Below, one piece after another: positions 15,101-28,400 of a stretch of 64,000 nt of DNA. The stretch's first letter is position 1. Every line of letters starts with the position of its first letter. This stretch comes from Lepidodermella squamata (taxonomy: Eukaryota; Animalia; Gastrotricha): assembly GCA_047495785.1 (NCBI GenBank), contig JBLDXI010000028.1, positions 1,364,001-1,428,000 on the forward strand, in the 5' to 3' direction. The notes under the pieces were generated by a model that was not told where the DNA came from, made no database searches, and was given only the letters and a program-made list of their open reading frames with translations. The position numbers were made by a program, and so were the translations under genes.

Positions 15101-17513
15101 AAAAGCCGAAACGGGCGACGAAAAAGTCGAAGGCGAATGCCGAGTCGAAAGCAGCGAATCTCGTTGCGGCGAACAACGCGGCAATGGTGGCAGCGCATCA
15201 ACATCAGCATCAGGTGAGTAAAGAGAGCATTAAAGATTTCAATGGGCAAAAACTAGGAAGTATCAATAAAAGTTTCGTCATAATTCCAGAATTTCGTCAT
15301 TGAAATTTGACCTAGGCTTTGAGGGATTCTCTAGTTTAAATATTGTGGGACTCGACGAAGCCTTTCATGATTTTTTGGCGACACTATATAACGCTGAGAT
15401 TTACTTGTTAAATGTCTGCTATGCGCTATGGTAATCCACTTGAGCTTATCAATTCTTGCCAAAAATCCCCTTTTTGAAGCTTGAAAGGCGATTTTGTTGC
15501 TATTCATGTTGATATCGAAAAACTGGAAAATGTTAACGCGTTATTTTCGTACTGATTTCTGTGTGGACTTGGGCGCATCTGCAACCACGGTATTTCATTT
15601 CAAGTGTCAATAATATTTTTTTGAAAAATTGAAATTTTATTTTATGTTCTAACACAGAATTAGAGGTTCTGCTTCTAGTTTTTTCCCAAAAATGAATTCG
15701 AATTTTTCTTTATTAAGCATTAAAATTTGGATCTTTCTATTTTACGCTAAGAGTTGATTTTCGAGTTTTTTTACAAGTCATAGATCCAAATGACCCAGTT
15801 AAGAGGTTTCGAAACTGGACATTTTTATCTGGAGTGATATCGAATTTTCCGTTCAATTTTGCTCAATTTTTGCCCAGTTATTAACTTTTCGCTGATGTTT
15901 TTCAGGCAATGGCGATGCAGCAGCAACACCCTCCGCGGTTACAAACGGTGCCATCCCCTCGCCAGCTATCCGCGCTAGCGGACATCGACGCGCAGGAGCT
16001 GATAATCACGCGGCAGCTGAACGCGGCGTACCGCGACGACCTAGGCGCGGCCGAGCAGCAGCAGCTGATGCAACAAGTACATTCCCCCATCGCCATGCAT
16101 CAGATGCTACTGCAGCAGCAGCAGCAAAATCGTCTTCCTCCGAACGCCATGTACGGACCGGGCGGCCCACGCGAGTCCGGCCGCCTGTCTCATGGCGCGC
16201 CCGGCGGCAAGGGCGGCCCCGTCGATCCGATGTTTTTGCAGCAGCAGCAACACCAGGAGATGCTGATGCACCAGCAGCGGATAGCGCAGATGGGCGGCGA
16301 CCCGGGCATGATGCCGCCCTTCGACAACGGACCCAACTCGCAAGGATTCATGATGCCTCCCGATCAAATGAACCCTCAAATGGTAAAGCCAAATATCCCC
16401 ATTTCTCCGATATTTTGAAGTTGTTTTACCTTTTTAGATGGGTGCTGGTTACCCAGGAGGACCCGGTCAAGGGCCACCCGGCGGACCTCAGCAACCGGGC
16501 GGTCCCCACCATCGACTACCACCTCACCTCGGCAACGTGCATATACAACAGCGCGAAACCGGCGGAACGGTGCACTATCTACCGGCGGGCCAGGGCGGGC
16601 CGAATCAGCCTCCGGGCGGGGCGCCTGGTCAACCGGGGCAACCTGGTGGTCCACCGATGGGCGGCCCGATGCATGGCCACGCGCAGCAACAGATGCAACA
16701 ACAACTTGCGGCGCAGCAAATGCAGAGAGAACAGCAATTCCTCGAAGAATCTTACGGTAAAAGCCCGAAATGACTTGAATTATTCGTTTTTATGATGGTT
16801 CATTTTAAAAGGTAACCCCGAGCTCATGTCTGCCCTCGCCCATCAACAACAACAGAATCCCGGCCGGCGGTTACTTATGGGACCGCCTCAACCGGGCCCT
16901 CCTCAACCTTACGAAATGCGATTCGACCCGCAACAGCAAATGTACCCGCCCATGCCTGGGGTAAATTTCTGAAATTTCAATCAATCTTAAGATGGATTTT
17001 TAAAATTTTGATATTTTAGTGGATACATTTTTCTCACTTTTTATATTTTATTATATTGTTATTCTAAAATATTTGACATTTATTTTGGCTGAAATTTTAA
17101 GGTGGAATTTTCAGAATTTAGAGTTAAATTTTTTCTCGCTTTTTTAGGACATGCCACCTCAATTTTACGAGCAACAGGTGTTGGAGCAGCAATTTCTCAA
17201 CGTTCCACCCGGCTCGCCTGGTAGTCAAGACCCCGCGGTGCTAGCGGCGCAGCAACAGCAGCAAGCCGACTTCTTGTACCAACAACAAATGCAGCAATTG
17301 GCTCAACAACAAGCGGCAGCGCAACAGGCCGGCGGCCAGCCCGGCCTTCAGCCTCAACTGCCCGACGCCATGTACGGCGGTCTGCCGCCTGGCGCCGACC
17401 CGGCCATGGCTGGTTACGGCTATGCACCCGGTCCTGGGTACCCGGGCGAGTACATGGGCGCGCCTCCGCAACACCAGGAGTTCGTTCCGCAGCAACAACC
17501 TTGGCTTTCGTAA
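12177..17513 (+). CDS. BCL9: BCL9/legless-like beta-catenin co-activator; exons approx. 12177-13376, 14317-15213, 15906-16382, 16438-16756, 16812-16960, 17148-17513
   Basis: HD1-like LHVFDSKMANEAAQAVRQGASPSIIDYH (cf. BCL9 VYVFSTEMANKAAEAVLKGQVETIVSFH). HD2-like helix LTSQELVRNAKLKQVEEL. C-terminal GTVHYLP (cf. TLQYFP/TIQYLP). P/G/Q/M-rich throughout. Splice phases are consistent. Confidence 0.75.
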
Positions 17514-19498
17514 CGGTCACCCTACCCTCGGAAACTACTACCAAACAACCCATCGGCTGTGTTATACTGTGTAACAAAGTTACTATACCTATATAGATAT
17601 AGCGTATGATGAAAAGAGCAGATTCTTTATTACAAAATTGATGGACACGCACACTGCTGTTTCGAAAAAATGAAAAGCCGATTTTCATCTTCTTCTCCAG
17701 TTCTTCTTCTCGTGAAAACATTCTAGTGCCGTTATGTAATAAATGAGAGAGAACAATTTTTCTTTTGTTTTTTATGAAAAAGAAGGTATCGATTATCGCA
17801 TCTCATGGCATCTCTTCTATATATAATTATGATGAGGAAAATTTATCACACAGGTGTAATTATTCTTATTCTTACTACTTATTCATATTTCCGGAATTTT
17901 CATCAATTATTACCGTTATTATTATACCGTAATTAATGCTTATATTTTCCACTCGAAAAAATCCTGCGAAAGCTTGTAAGTCTAAGCGTGGCAATTCTTT
18001 ATATTATACGAATAAAAATTATATCAATTATAGCTTTTCTAAAATGCATTCGTATCATTCATTCATATCATTATTCGTAATACATACAATGATAAGATTG
18101 CGTCTTCTCTCGCTTATTGTTGTTTGAGTTTATTGTGACTCTCGTCTCATTTTGATTTGATTTGTTCTGTTGTTGTTCTTGCCAGAAATTATGTGAAAAA
18201 AATAGCGCGATAAATCAAGCCGAAAATAAAAACCCCAGTCTCTACTACTGCTGCGAAATGATAAGCGAACTAAAAAAATATGAGGATGATAATAATCGGT
18301 TGTTAACCTGTGTTCGCACATTCGAGCGCCAAAAAATGAAAATTCGAACTCGACCAAAGATTGTTCTCGTAGAGCTCGGGTCTGAAATCGATCGCTTTCA
18401 GTATTTTTCGCACTCATTTGCCTTGAAAAGGCGAGTTTGATAGGCTGTTAAGGTTAAATTTAACAATACCTTATATACTTAATCATTGGAATGGAAATTC
18501 TCGAACGGGCACATTTTTTCTGTTTTTTTCTCGATCGATGATAATGATAAAACTTGCTAAAATTATCAGATACATTGCTAGTGACTTCGGTGTGCGTGTA
18601 AAGTTTGGTTTTTGTTATACGAAACTTTTTTCGATGCGAGGAATAGAAAATCAACAACGATGATGGTTGTTATTGTTATTATTATTGCTTCTAATCTTAT
18701 CAATTTATTATTGTAACCGCTAGTAGCATCTCGAGAAGAAAATGGATGGCATTGAGCATCTCTCTTCGCTAAAAAGTAATTTCTAGTTATTTTCAACGGA
18801 ACATTTTCGAGCCAAAACAATGTGCTATTTTGATGGAGGTTGAAAAATGGATGATCATGGTCGAAGGTAAACAAATCACAACTAGTGGCGATGCAATATG
18901 TAATATCCTATACGACAATGGTCTCCCGTTTTCTCTGTGCGTAGGCGCGTGGTGGCAAAAAAGAAACCAGGAATTTATTCGTTCATTCATTCATTTTTGC
19001 ACGGAAAATATTTGTACAGAAATATCATGATAAATATAGAGGAACTTGATTTTTCTCGTCTTCTTATCCGAACAGTTATACCGTATATATTGTCATCACA
19101 GAGCGCGCTACGTGTAAAGCTAGCTGTAATTAAATATCGAATATCATTATCATTATTCTTCGAAAAAATCGTTTTTTTTTGTCGATAACATTGCTATGAT
19201 AATATTATTATAAATAATATTCTATAGATTTGAATATCGCTAAAAATTCTTATTGCGAAAAATTGGTAAACTGTGGCGCCGGGTCAATCAATGCGCGTAT
19301 ATGACTCGTTTTCTTGTTTTTTTCTCTTTCTAATATCTCTTCTTCTTCATTGATGATGATAAAATACAGTGTGTTATGAATGACGAGAAAGCGTAACAAA
19401 AAAGTTGAGAAATAAAAATCCGAAAGTCGGTAAAAATTTTACTTCCATTTTTAGGGATTTTTCTATTTTTTCAATATATCAAGTGGCTGAGGTAATTT

Positions 19499-22400
19499 AT
19501 GAAAGGCGCTGTTGCTGGCTCGGCAGCTGTGAAGACAAGCGGACCAGGGGTGACTTGTACTATCTGCAATGCTGCATGCCAGAATCAAGGTTATTGAAGA
19601 CTGAAAAATGGTGGTGAGAAAATCGAAGCAAGTGCTTGAGTTGGTGAACACTTGATCTTTTGCCAGAAAATCCGGATGAAATTTTACGAGCCTGAATTTT
19701 TTATTTTTGTCATCGATTTTGATGTTTTTCAAAATTTCAAGAAAAGCAGGAAACATAATTACTTCTTAGATAAATCCTAAAAAAAGAGGTTTTCAGCGAA
19801 TATGGAAATTAATTTCAGAATCGTATCAGCAACATGTGCAAGGCAAGCGGCACCAGCAAATGTTGGCGCGGTTGGAGAGTTCCCACCGGCGAGAAGATCG
19901 GACCATTTACGTGAGTGGCGATCGACCGACCTTCGAACGCTTGTCCCAGTTAGCCTTGGAGGACCATTTTAGCGCATTTGGTGATGTCAGCCGTGTGAAA
20001 TACTTTGCCGAGGTGAGTAAGATTTGCAAATTGCCTTAAATACCCTTTTGAAACAGGGTAAATTGTAAAATGTTCATCTCAGTTGGCTTGAACTATCAAT
20101 TGCCGGGGCCGGGCCTTTAAATTAAAAGATTTTTTCCTCAATTTCAACTGTTATGAATCATCTCTATGACTTGATAGAGACTTGTCAACGATATTTTTAT
20201 TCTGAATTAAATCGGCGTTCCCGATCTCCCAACTTTTTCTCCCACTCTCCTAAAGAATTCTCCCTACTAATTAAATGAAAAGGATCGAAGCTCGCACACA
20301 AAAGGAGAAATTTCAAAGACAAAAGACTTCAGTGATAATAAATTTAGCTGCGAAGGGAATGAAAGAACTCCCGGTTATGCAAGGCGCTGTACGTTTCTAG
20401 CTGCTTTCTCTCGACAGTAGTCATATTAGGGGAATACTTTGATGCCACGTAGCGTAGGTAGTCGGCCATCTCGGGTTTGTAACTGAGGCACTTTTCTCCA
20501 TCACTCGGAGGGTAGCAAATCGCCTTCAATGCTTGGTAGTCCAGACATTGCTAGCACTCCGGCCGTGTCTGCGTGCTATGGTAGATTTAGTGTCTTAGAC
20601 TTGTAGCCTAGTTACCCTAGTAATATCAGACTTTGAGATGCGTGACCAAGCTGGGCTCCATAGTGAGTGCCGATTCGATAAGTGCGCGATGGAAGTTCAG
20701 AGTGGCGAGATAGAACTCCTCGGCTCATGAGGATCTCCGGGAGAGATTCTGGTTATACGTCCCCTACGATTTCTCAACATCTCCTCCTAGGGTGCTCCCA
20801 AAGATCATTAGTGCCTGCTAAATCTCGGCGACTGTCGGCGGCGGGATACGATTCTCCAACATCGTTTGCATATTTCCTAAACTAGGTGGTAGGGAGTGAA
20901 AAAGGGCAGCTCGCTTCATTCGCTCCTCGATGGACATTCCAGCGTTTTCCAGCGCCTGGAGCAGCTGGGCAAAATCGCGCAAGTGCGCAGCGAGGGTGGC
21001 CCCCGGGGCCATGGCGAAGCTGTGGAAACGAGCTAGGAGCCTCGACTCAGTGGCAGCCGAGGTCAGTTCGAAGTGCGCCTTGAGCGCCGCCCACATAGCC
21101 TGAGGGTCATCGCCAGCCGCCCTTGTGATATAGTGGTATAAGCTGATCCTACGAGGCGGACTAGAATCGAGGTGAGCGACGACGGTGGCGTTTGCCTCGC
21201 GAAGGGTGAGCTCGACTCTGCCATGTCGTTTGGCACATTCGACGGCGGTTGCTCGTGCAGCTTCGACGACCAAGTCCTCGAGACTCGGAACTTCGGGGGC
21301 GCGTGGGGCTGGAAAACCTTTATTGAAGCCTGTTTCATCTCTTCATCCTATTGCAAAAAGCAGCTTATTAGTATCTTTATTGAAATTGGCCAAAGAAAAA
21401 ACAAACCTTTTTCTCGGCTTCTATTTTAGCTGCTACTTCGTTTCCTTGAAATTAAACGCGCTGTTAAACGACATGATAGTATGATATTAAACTAATCATC
21501 ATTTAATAGATCCCAACAAACGCGCAATTGAATTTTCGAAATTCTTGTTTTATCCATTTCCAACTCGTCAACGAATGCCCGACCAGGTTTCAATAGGGAC
21601 TCGATCAGATGATGAATCAAGTTGTCATTCGTTTTGCTAAGTTCGTCAACAAGGCGGCTTTTCTCGATTCTGTTCAGCATTCTGGATGCCGATGCGAGTC
21701 GTAATTCACTCGAATATCGTAGACCGAACAGTGATTTTTCGAACCACAAGCTCGACGGAGATGTAAAAATGCTAAAATGCTAAAAATGCTAAATGAGTTT
21801 CGAAATTGATACGTAAGGAAGGCCTCGAAGGAGGAGTAGACGAATGACTTCAAAGATACTTCTGGCACTGAAATTCCAATTCTTCAAATTTAGCGGGTGG
21901 AAAACTTTTTTGTTTTTTGGTTGATCAGCATGAATAGTATCTCCCTCGTTGATTTGTTGAATAATATCAAGCGAATTGTTGCTTCCAAAAGTTGCTTCCA
22001 ACCCTGTCAACGTCTCATCGTAAAGGCTGGTGAAAGGTCCGGGTTGTTCTTCCGTTGCCATTGTTCAGTGCAGATAGATATTATTGTGAGCGCAGGTAAC
22101 ATTTGGCATTCGAATCGGCCGTTTTAAAATCTAGAGGTTAACATTATTTCTTAATTAACGTTAGAACTTTTGTCTTGACACTACCATTAAGGTACTCAAA
22201 CTCGTAGACTTTCAGTTCAACCATCGCGAGCTGCTCGCCACGATCCATGATCTTCCCCTCGCTCAAGGCTCGATCGCCGAACAAGGCCTAGATCCAGTTA
22301 CGGCGTATAGGCCGGTCATTCTTAGCCATAGTGAATGGTAAAACCGCAGGAATAATCGTACAAATCGTGGGTAAAACGTGTAGGTTGAGTAACGAGTAAC

Positions 22401-25400
22401 GATAAAAACAAGTAACCGCGATGTTCTAAAATTAACGAAATGAAATGGCAAGATCAAAGGGAAAATTCCCATATCATGGCTAATAGAAAATAGACCGAAG
22501 AATCGAACACCTTCAACCGCTATGAAAAGATGAAAATGCGAAAATTGGGAAAACGCGACTTTTAGTCATAGAAATCCGGCTCTTGAGCCTTTTTCGAAAG
22601 TCTTGTCTATTTTAACTCCTTTATTTTATTAGCGATGTTTTGCGTTTGTGGAATTTGCTGACAAATCGAACGTCGATCAAGCGATTGCGCAATCACGGCA
22701 AATCGTCCAAGTTGGGAATTTCCAATTTCCAATTTTCGTCCGCCTATGCCGCCACTCGACGCCCCAACAGCTGCAAAACACCGATCAGGCGTTTCGAAAA
22801 CGGCAGCAAGAGAAAGAAGAGCAGTTTAAAAACCTGAAATCATCGACTCTACCCGAATACGACGAGAATCTAGCGAGAAAAGTCGAAAATTCCGGCGATT
22901 TATCCAGTCAAATTGTTGCGATTTCCTCTGAAATCGGCTTGCTACCCGAGTCGATTGAAACTGCGAAGCAAGTTGCGTCGCGAATTGAAACGCTGGTCAA
23001 TCGATTGACGAGAAATCACGCTTGTCGCGCGGCGTTGTTTGGCTCGAAGGTCTCAACCCTTGGCCTGCGGTCGTCTGATGTTGATCTCGTGCTGCTGTTC
23101 AACGTTGAATCTCTTCTACCGGCTCATCTTATCGATTTGTACTGTGTTCAGGCTTCCACGACAAAAGGTAAGAATTTTCTTTTAATGTTCGGATTTATTA
23201 TGACAAATTTTCAACAATTCAACTAAACAAAAAATATCCTAATATTTCAGGAATTAAATAAAAAATTAAATACATCAGGAAAATCAGGAAAAAATCTTCC
23301 AAGCTCGCTCCAAGCATCAGAATGAAGAGCTTTATCAGAATTACCCACCCTAATCGAAATATGCTTCAATTACGATTTAATTATTAGTCAGTGTCGATTT
23401 ATCTGAATCACAAAATTGTTTTTTCGCGATTTCACTCCTTTGTATTTCTCTGAAAATTTCGAAAAAATAATGGCAATGTTCCCCATTTAAGGCACTACCT
23501 GGCACCACCAAGTTTTTTAACAAGAAAATGTTCATGAATGAAATATCGGCAATGGAAAAATTACCTGATTTGTTTACTTTTCCAACCACTCGATGCTGAT
23601 TCATCACAACATCTGGTGCCCATGGCGTTTACAGCCTTAGTCAGGAGTAGGACCTCTATCTTAAAACTAGCTCTATGCACTTTACTCATGGGAGCATAAA
23701 CAGCTCCAGATGGCCACGTTGAATTGAGTGGTTCGGATTGTTGGATGAAGAGTTCGCATCACACCAACGAATGTCTGCATTCTATTCTAAATATTTCATA
23801 ACTTCATCTTTTAGCCAATAATTAAGGCACAAAGTTTCTTCTAACATGTCATTGAACAGTCGTCCTCGACATCTGTTTGTCAGGTACCCAGGACGACTGA
23901 ACAGGCGCTCGCATGGCTCGCTCGATGCCGGTATACAGAATAGCCATTTGGCGGCCGTCGAAAGTGTGGGAAAGGTCGGAGTGCTTTCCAAGCTTTTGAG
24001 AATATGCCAGAGCAAAGAGCAAATGGTATCCATTCTTTCGATGACTGCTGATACGTGAAGCCAAATGGCACCGATCCTTTGAATTTAGGGTCGGTATATT
24101 CGTACTAGAAATTCCGCGACAGTGATTTAGCGGCAAGCTCCAGTAGGGAGAAAGAGCGTTTCTAAGCATTTCTTTAGCAACGCATAACATTTTCTTTATT
24201 CCTCAGCACTTTTGAGATTAAAAGAACATTAGAAAAACAACAAAGATTAAGAAATTCGCGAAAGTCAACAGAGCCAGTTTACTTGATATTATTTGTACTA
24301 GCCGAGTATTGATAAGCCGCACCTGGAGGGCGCAAAATTACCACACCTGAACGGCTAACAACTGCTATTCCAGCACCAACGAGCGGCGGGCGTGGAATAC
24401 GCAGACCGGGTTGACTGGCGTGCTGAGAATAAAAATCACTCCGGTGTACACACCCTGCCGGACAGGTCACGGTGGTGACCTGGCAAGCAGAGCGCGTGTC
24501 GGAGGAGGACCAGTCTAGGGGACCGATCTTAGCCAAACCGGAATCATTTCCCATGATCAATGAAACAAAATATACAAAATCCCACGAGAAGTATCAGATT
24601 CATCAACCCAGACTATGAATTTTCAGCATCCAAATTTGAAATATGAAAGTTTATAATTTCGCTTTAATTAAGGTTTAGCCTAAATGATCATTGAATACGA
24701 ATAAATTTGTCATTTATTCAATTTTTAGGTAACGACGAAGACGATGTTCTTAGCGAAATCCCACCCAAACAACAACGATTGTTGTATAATTTAGAGGCAT
24801 CAGCGCCGATCGAGTCGAAATCACCGAAGAAACGCGTCTACCACATCGCCGCGATGTTACGCCGGTTTTCGGAATTCTCCTGCGTAATGCCTATCAACGC
24901 TCGAATCCCCATCGTCCGATGCCTCCACGTACCTACCTCGACACAACTCGATATATCCGTCGATAGTTTGCTATCGATAAATAACAGTCATTTATTGAAA
25001 CTGTACTCGTTATACGACCATCGGATTCGCCCGTTGATTCTAGCTATTCGATACTGGGCGAAGAAGCAAGAAATTTGTCCAGCTCCTCATTTTTTGACGA
25101 GTTACGCCCTGTCCTGGCTGGTTTTATACTTCCTGCAAACTCGATCGCCACCTGTTTGCCCGAGTGTAGCAGAATTAGCGTCGATTTCGAAGAAAAACAA
25201 CGAAAATGAAGTGATTTTAAGCACATGGAACGCGAGTTATCCAGTTGATTTAGCGAAATGGCCGTTGACCCAAAATACCGAGTCGCTGAATGAGTTATTC
25301 GTCAAATTTTTCGATTTTTACGAAAATTTCTCCTTCGCTGAGTCGGCGATTATTCTGCGAGATGCTTCAACCATGCCTGTCCAAAGTCTAATATCTGCTA

Positions 25401-28400
25401 ATGAGCATACTTCTACCTCGAAAAAGCCTGTTTTGAAGAAGTTGGAAACATGTTCTGGCGATTGTTTAGCCAAGGGTGTTCAGTGTTGTGTCGCATGTGG
25501 AGGGGTTGTGAAGGAGGAGCCGATTTTAACGGCTAATTTTGTCAAGGGCGAGCCACGGCATGACGATACGAAACCAGATGCGGACGAAGTGCAACTGCGG
25601 GGTGAGATCGAGTGCGACGACGGCGCTGATGAGGTTGAAGATGGCGAGGAGCAAGTCGAAACTTTCCGCCTTGCTGTCATGAACGTTCAGGTAGGAATTC
25701 TTGTGAATTTATTCGAAAATTTGAAATTAGAGGAATGCAATAACTGGAAAAATTAAATTGGATTAAAAAATCGATTCTACATGATCAAGAATTTGAAGAG
25801 AAAATTAAAAATTAAAAATAGGCTCCATGACTGAAACGACAGTTTAGATCACCAAAAATAAGTTCACGTCACCGAATCGCCAATTTTGTTAATTTTGATC
25901 GAAGAATCGTGCATTTGAACATCGAACAAATGAGTAATAAAAGTCGAGGTGAGTGACTGTCAATTACCAGGCGATAAAAACAAATCAACTCAATTAGACT
26001 TGCAAATATCGCAATAATCGACTGGGTCGTAGCCGTTACAGCTGGTGATTCTGGGTTTGGTTCGAGCTTGCCGAAATCAAACCCGAGTTGCAGAGTTTTT
26101 CATACTACTCGAAATACATCTGAATGGAGTGCCGTCGAGGTGATCGAGCCTGTTGGTATACTGATCGGTAGATTTTATAGCTTCTACAGGGTGGCCAAAA
26201 AATTTTGCAGAAGGCGAATTCGATGCGCATCAATTTAATGAGCAGTTTCAAGAAATTGAGGAGTTCCATTGGCAAGATATAATACTTAAAATTCTTGAAC
26301 TTCTTCAAACTCCTCATTAAATTGATACGCATCGAATTCGCCTTCTGCCCAATTTTTTGGCCACCCTGTAGTTGACGGTAAGAGTGCCATCGGGAATGCG
26401 ATCGGGAATTAGCGTTTTCGGTTGAGGCACGCGACGTCTTAGAACGAACCATTGCGGCGGAATATCGGCAGCATGGATAAGCGAGATGAAGATGAATACA
26501 AACAAAGCGACATCGAGAGCACCCAATTCTGTTTGAATAAGCTGACATTTGGGGATTGGGGTCGGTGGAGGTGTTGCCCACAGATAGTTAAATAGTGGCA
26601 GGTATTCATAAACATAGGGTGCGAAAAAGACAAGAAACGCTGCAACGAAATACTTAGCTCGACTAATAAACTTGGTGTCCTCGACTGCGGCAAAATCTGT
26701 TTCCATATCTGGCTTGCGTCGAGATGCTTCAAGCCGCTTTTTAGCCGGCTAATTAATCAGGGCTGGCCCCAAGAACGCCACGGGCGTCATGGACGAGGCC
26801 GAATTTGACGAGCTTGAGATTGCAGCGTTTTGCAAGAACGTCCAAGGCTATTTCTTCGAACTGTCGACCGTGCTTGATGGAATTAACTCCCCTTCCTAAG
26901 GATAAATTGGACGCTGAACATCGTGAGGAAAAATTCAGGCGTCGTGAGATCGGAGCCTGTCTGAAAAACGCCTTTAATCATTGACATTGTAGGCTTTCAA
27001 TCGTTGACTGCCTGAAATTGTGATTATGATGAATTTGTAAAATTATGAAACAATTATTATCGCACTTCTCACAAATTCCGAGATCCCGCTGGCCGTAATG
27101 CGTCCCCAGCGATAATCCATCCACCTTCCTCTGCTTCCGTCGATTGATGAAATCGATCGATAGAATCAATATCATAAAATTGAATCATCGATGAATGAAT
27201 CCGACAGTAGTTCAAAATCGATAGGTATTTTATTAGCAAGCTTAGCTAAAAATGATGACTCATTTTGACTATTAGAGTATTTGAGTATTAGCGAAACTGC
27301 GAAAGCTGCGTCTTCGCCAGCCCAGGCGAGGTATTGCTCGAACGAGGGTGACTCGATATCGATAGCGCTCAAGGTCGGCGTTGATGATTGTAGAGGTGAA
27401 ATGTCGGTGAACGAGAATTGGTGAATACTCGGGCTGTAACCTTGGAAACGGCGTTGGCGTCCGATTGGCGAACACGCCGAGATCGATCGGTTAGTAAGCG
27501 ACGGCGATTGCGACGATCGAGGCTCGCTTGACTCGAGAACGTATGTTGGCTCAACTTTGACTTTGGGTCGACGAAGGTTGTCAGAATTCGCGAGCGAAAG
27601 ACGGGAGCCGAGTTGCTACCGCGTCAACCGCGCAACTTGTAGACGACGAAGTGAGCGAGGCTGTTCAATACGACGTAGATTGTAGTTAGATGTCATTATT
27701 GTGCGTGAATATCCACTCCGTTTTAGTTCTTTCTGTTAAAAATTCAGATTTTCCTTCATTTCTATTACCGTTAATTTTTAATCTTATATGTTAGGATCCT
27801 ATCGAGCTGGTTCGAAATGTAACGGGTTCGGTCACTCAACGCAACGCTGAAATCATCCAGAATGCGTTCAAAGCCGCTGCTAAGCTGCTTCATGACAATT
27901 CAATGCCCGGCAGTGGTGACGTTCAACCCCTCCTGCGACAGCTGTTCCGGAAACAAGACTACACCCCGCTTGTGCCACCGTCGCCTAAAAAATCGCACAC
28001 CAGTGACGCGAGGCAGCAGAAAAGAGCCGCCAAGGCGAGAATGCTCATGTTGGCGCTGTCGCCCAACAACTCGGTCATTCACTCGCGGGCCCTCGAGTGG
28101 TTTCGCAAAATTCACGTACCCGGAGTGACGTTGCGGTGGCTCTGCTCTGCGGTTGGCGCTATCGGCTTGACTTGTTTGTTGAAAAATGTAAGATTTTGCG
28201 CGACCTTAACTTTTTCAAATAGCAAGTCAAATCAACGTTGTTTACGATTTTTGCCCCCATCGCCAAAATTTTGATTTCATATTTTCAAGGATGAGCCAAA
28301 CGAGCACCCTACATTAAGGGTTCTAGGACTAAATTTGAAAATTTGGCAGTAAATCTCGCAAAAATTTGGAAAAATTGCAAAAATCAAGTTCTAGAATTCT

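Noticed and set aside
12483-17721. Long antisense and alternative-frame ORFs over BCL9 exons (also over H1, nucleobindins and SHOC2)
   Set aside because: Shadow ORFs of GC-rich coding sequence.
22216-22337. Exon-like 122-nt segment (TTTCAG...GTAAAA) in TUT1 intron 2, a possible poison exon
   Set aside because: Weak donor and no support without RNA data.
24279-24615. GC-rich block with an RNase P-like AACCCAGACTA string
   Set aside because: No properly spaced complementary P4 partner. More likely TE debris.
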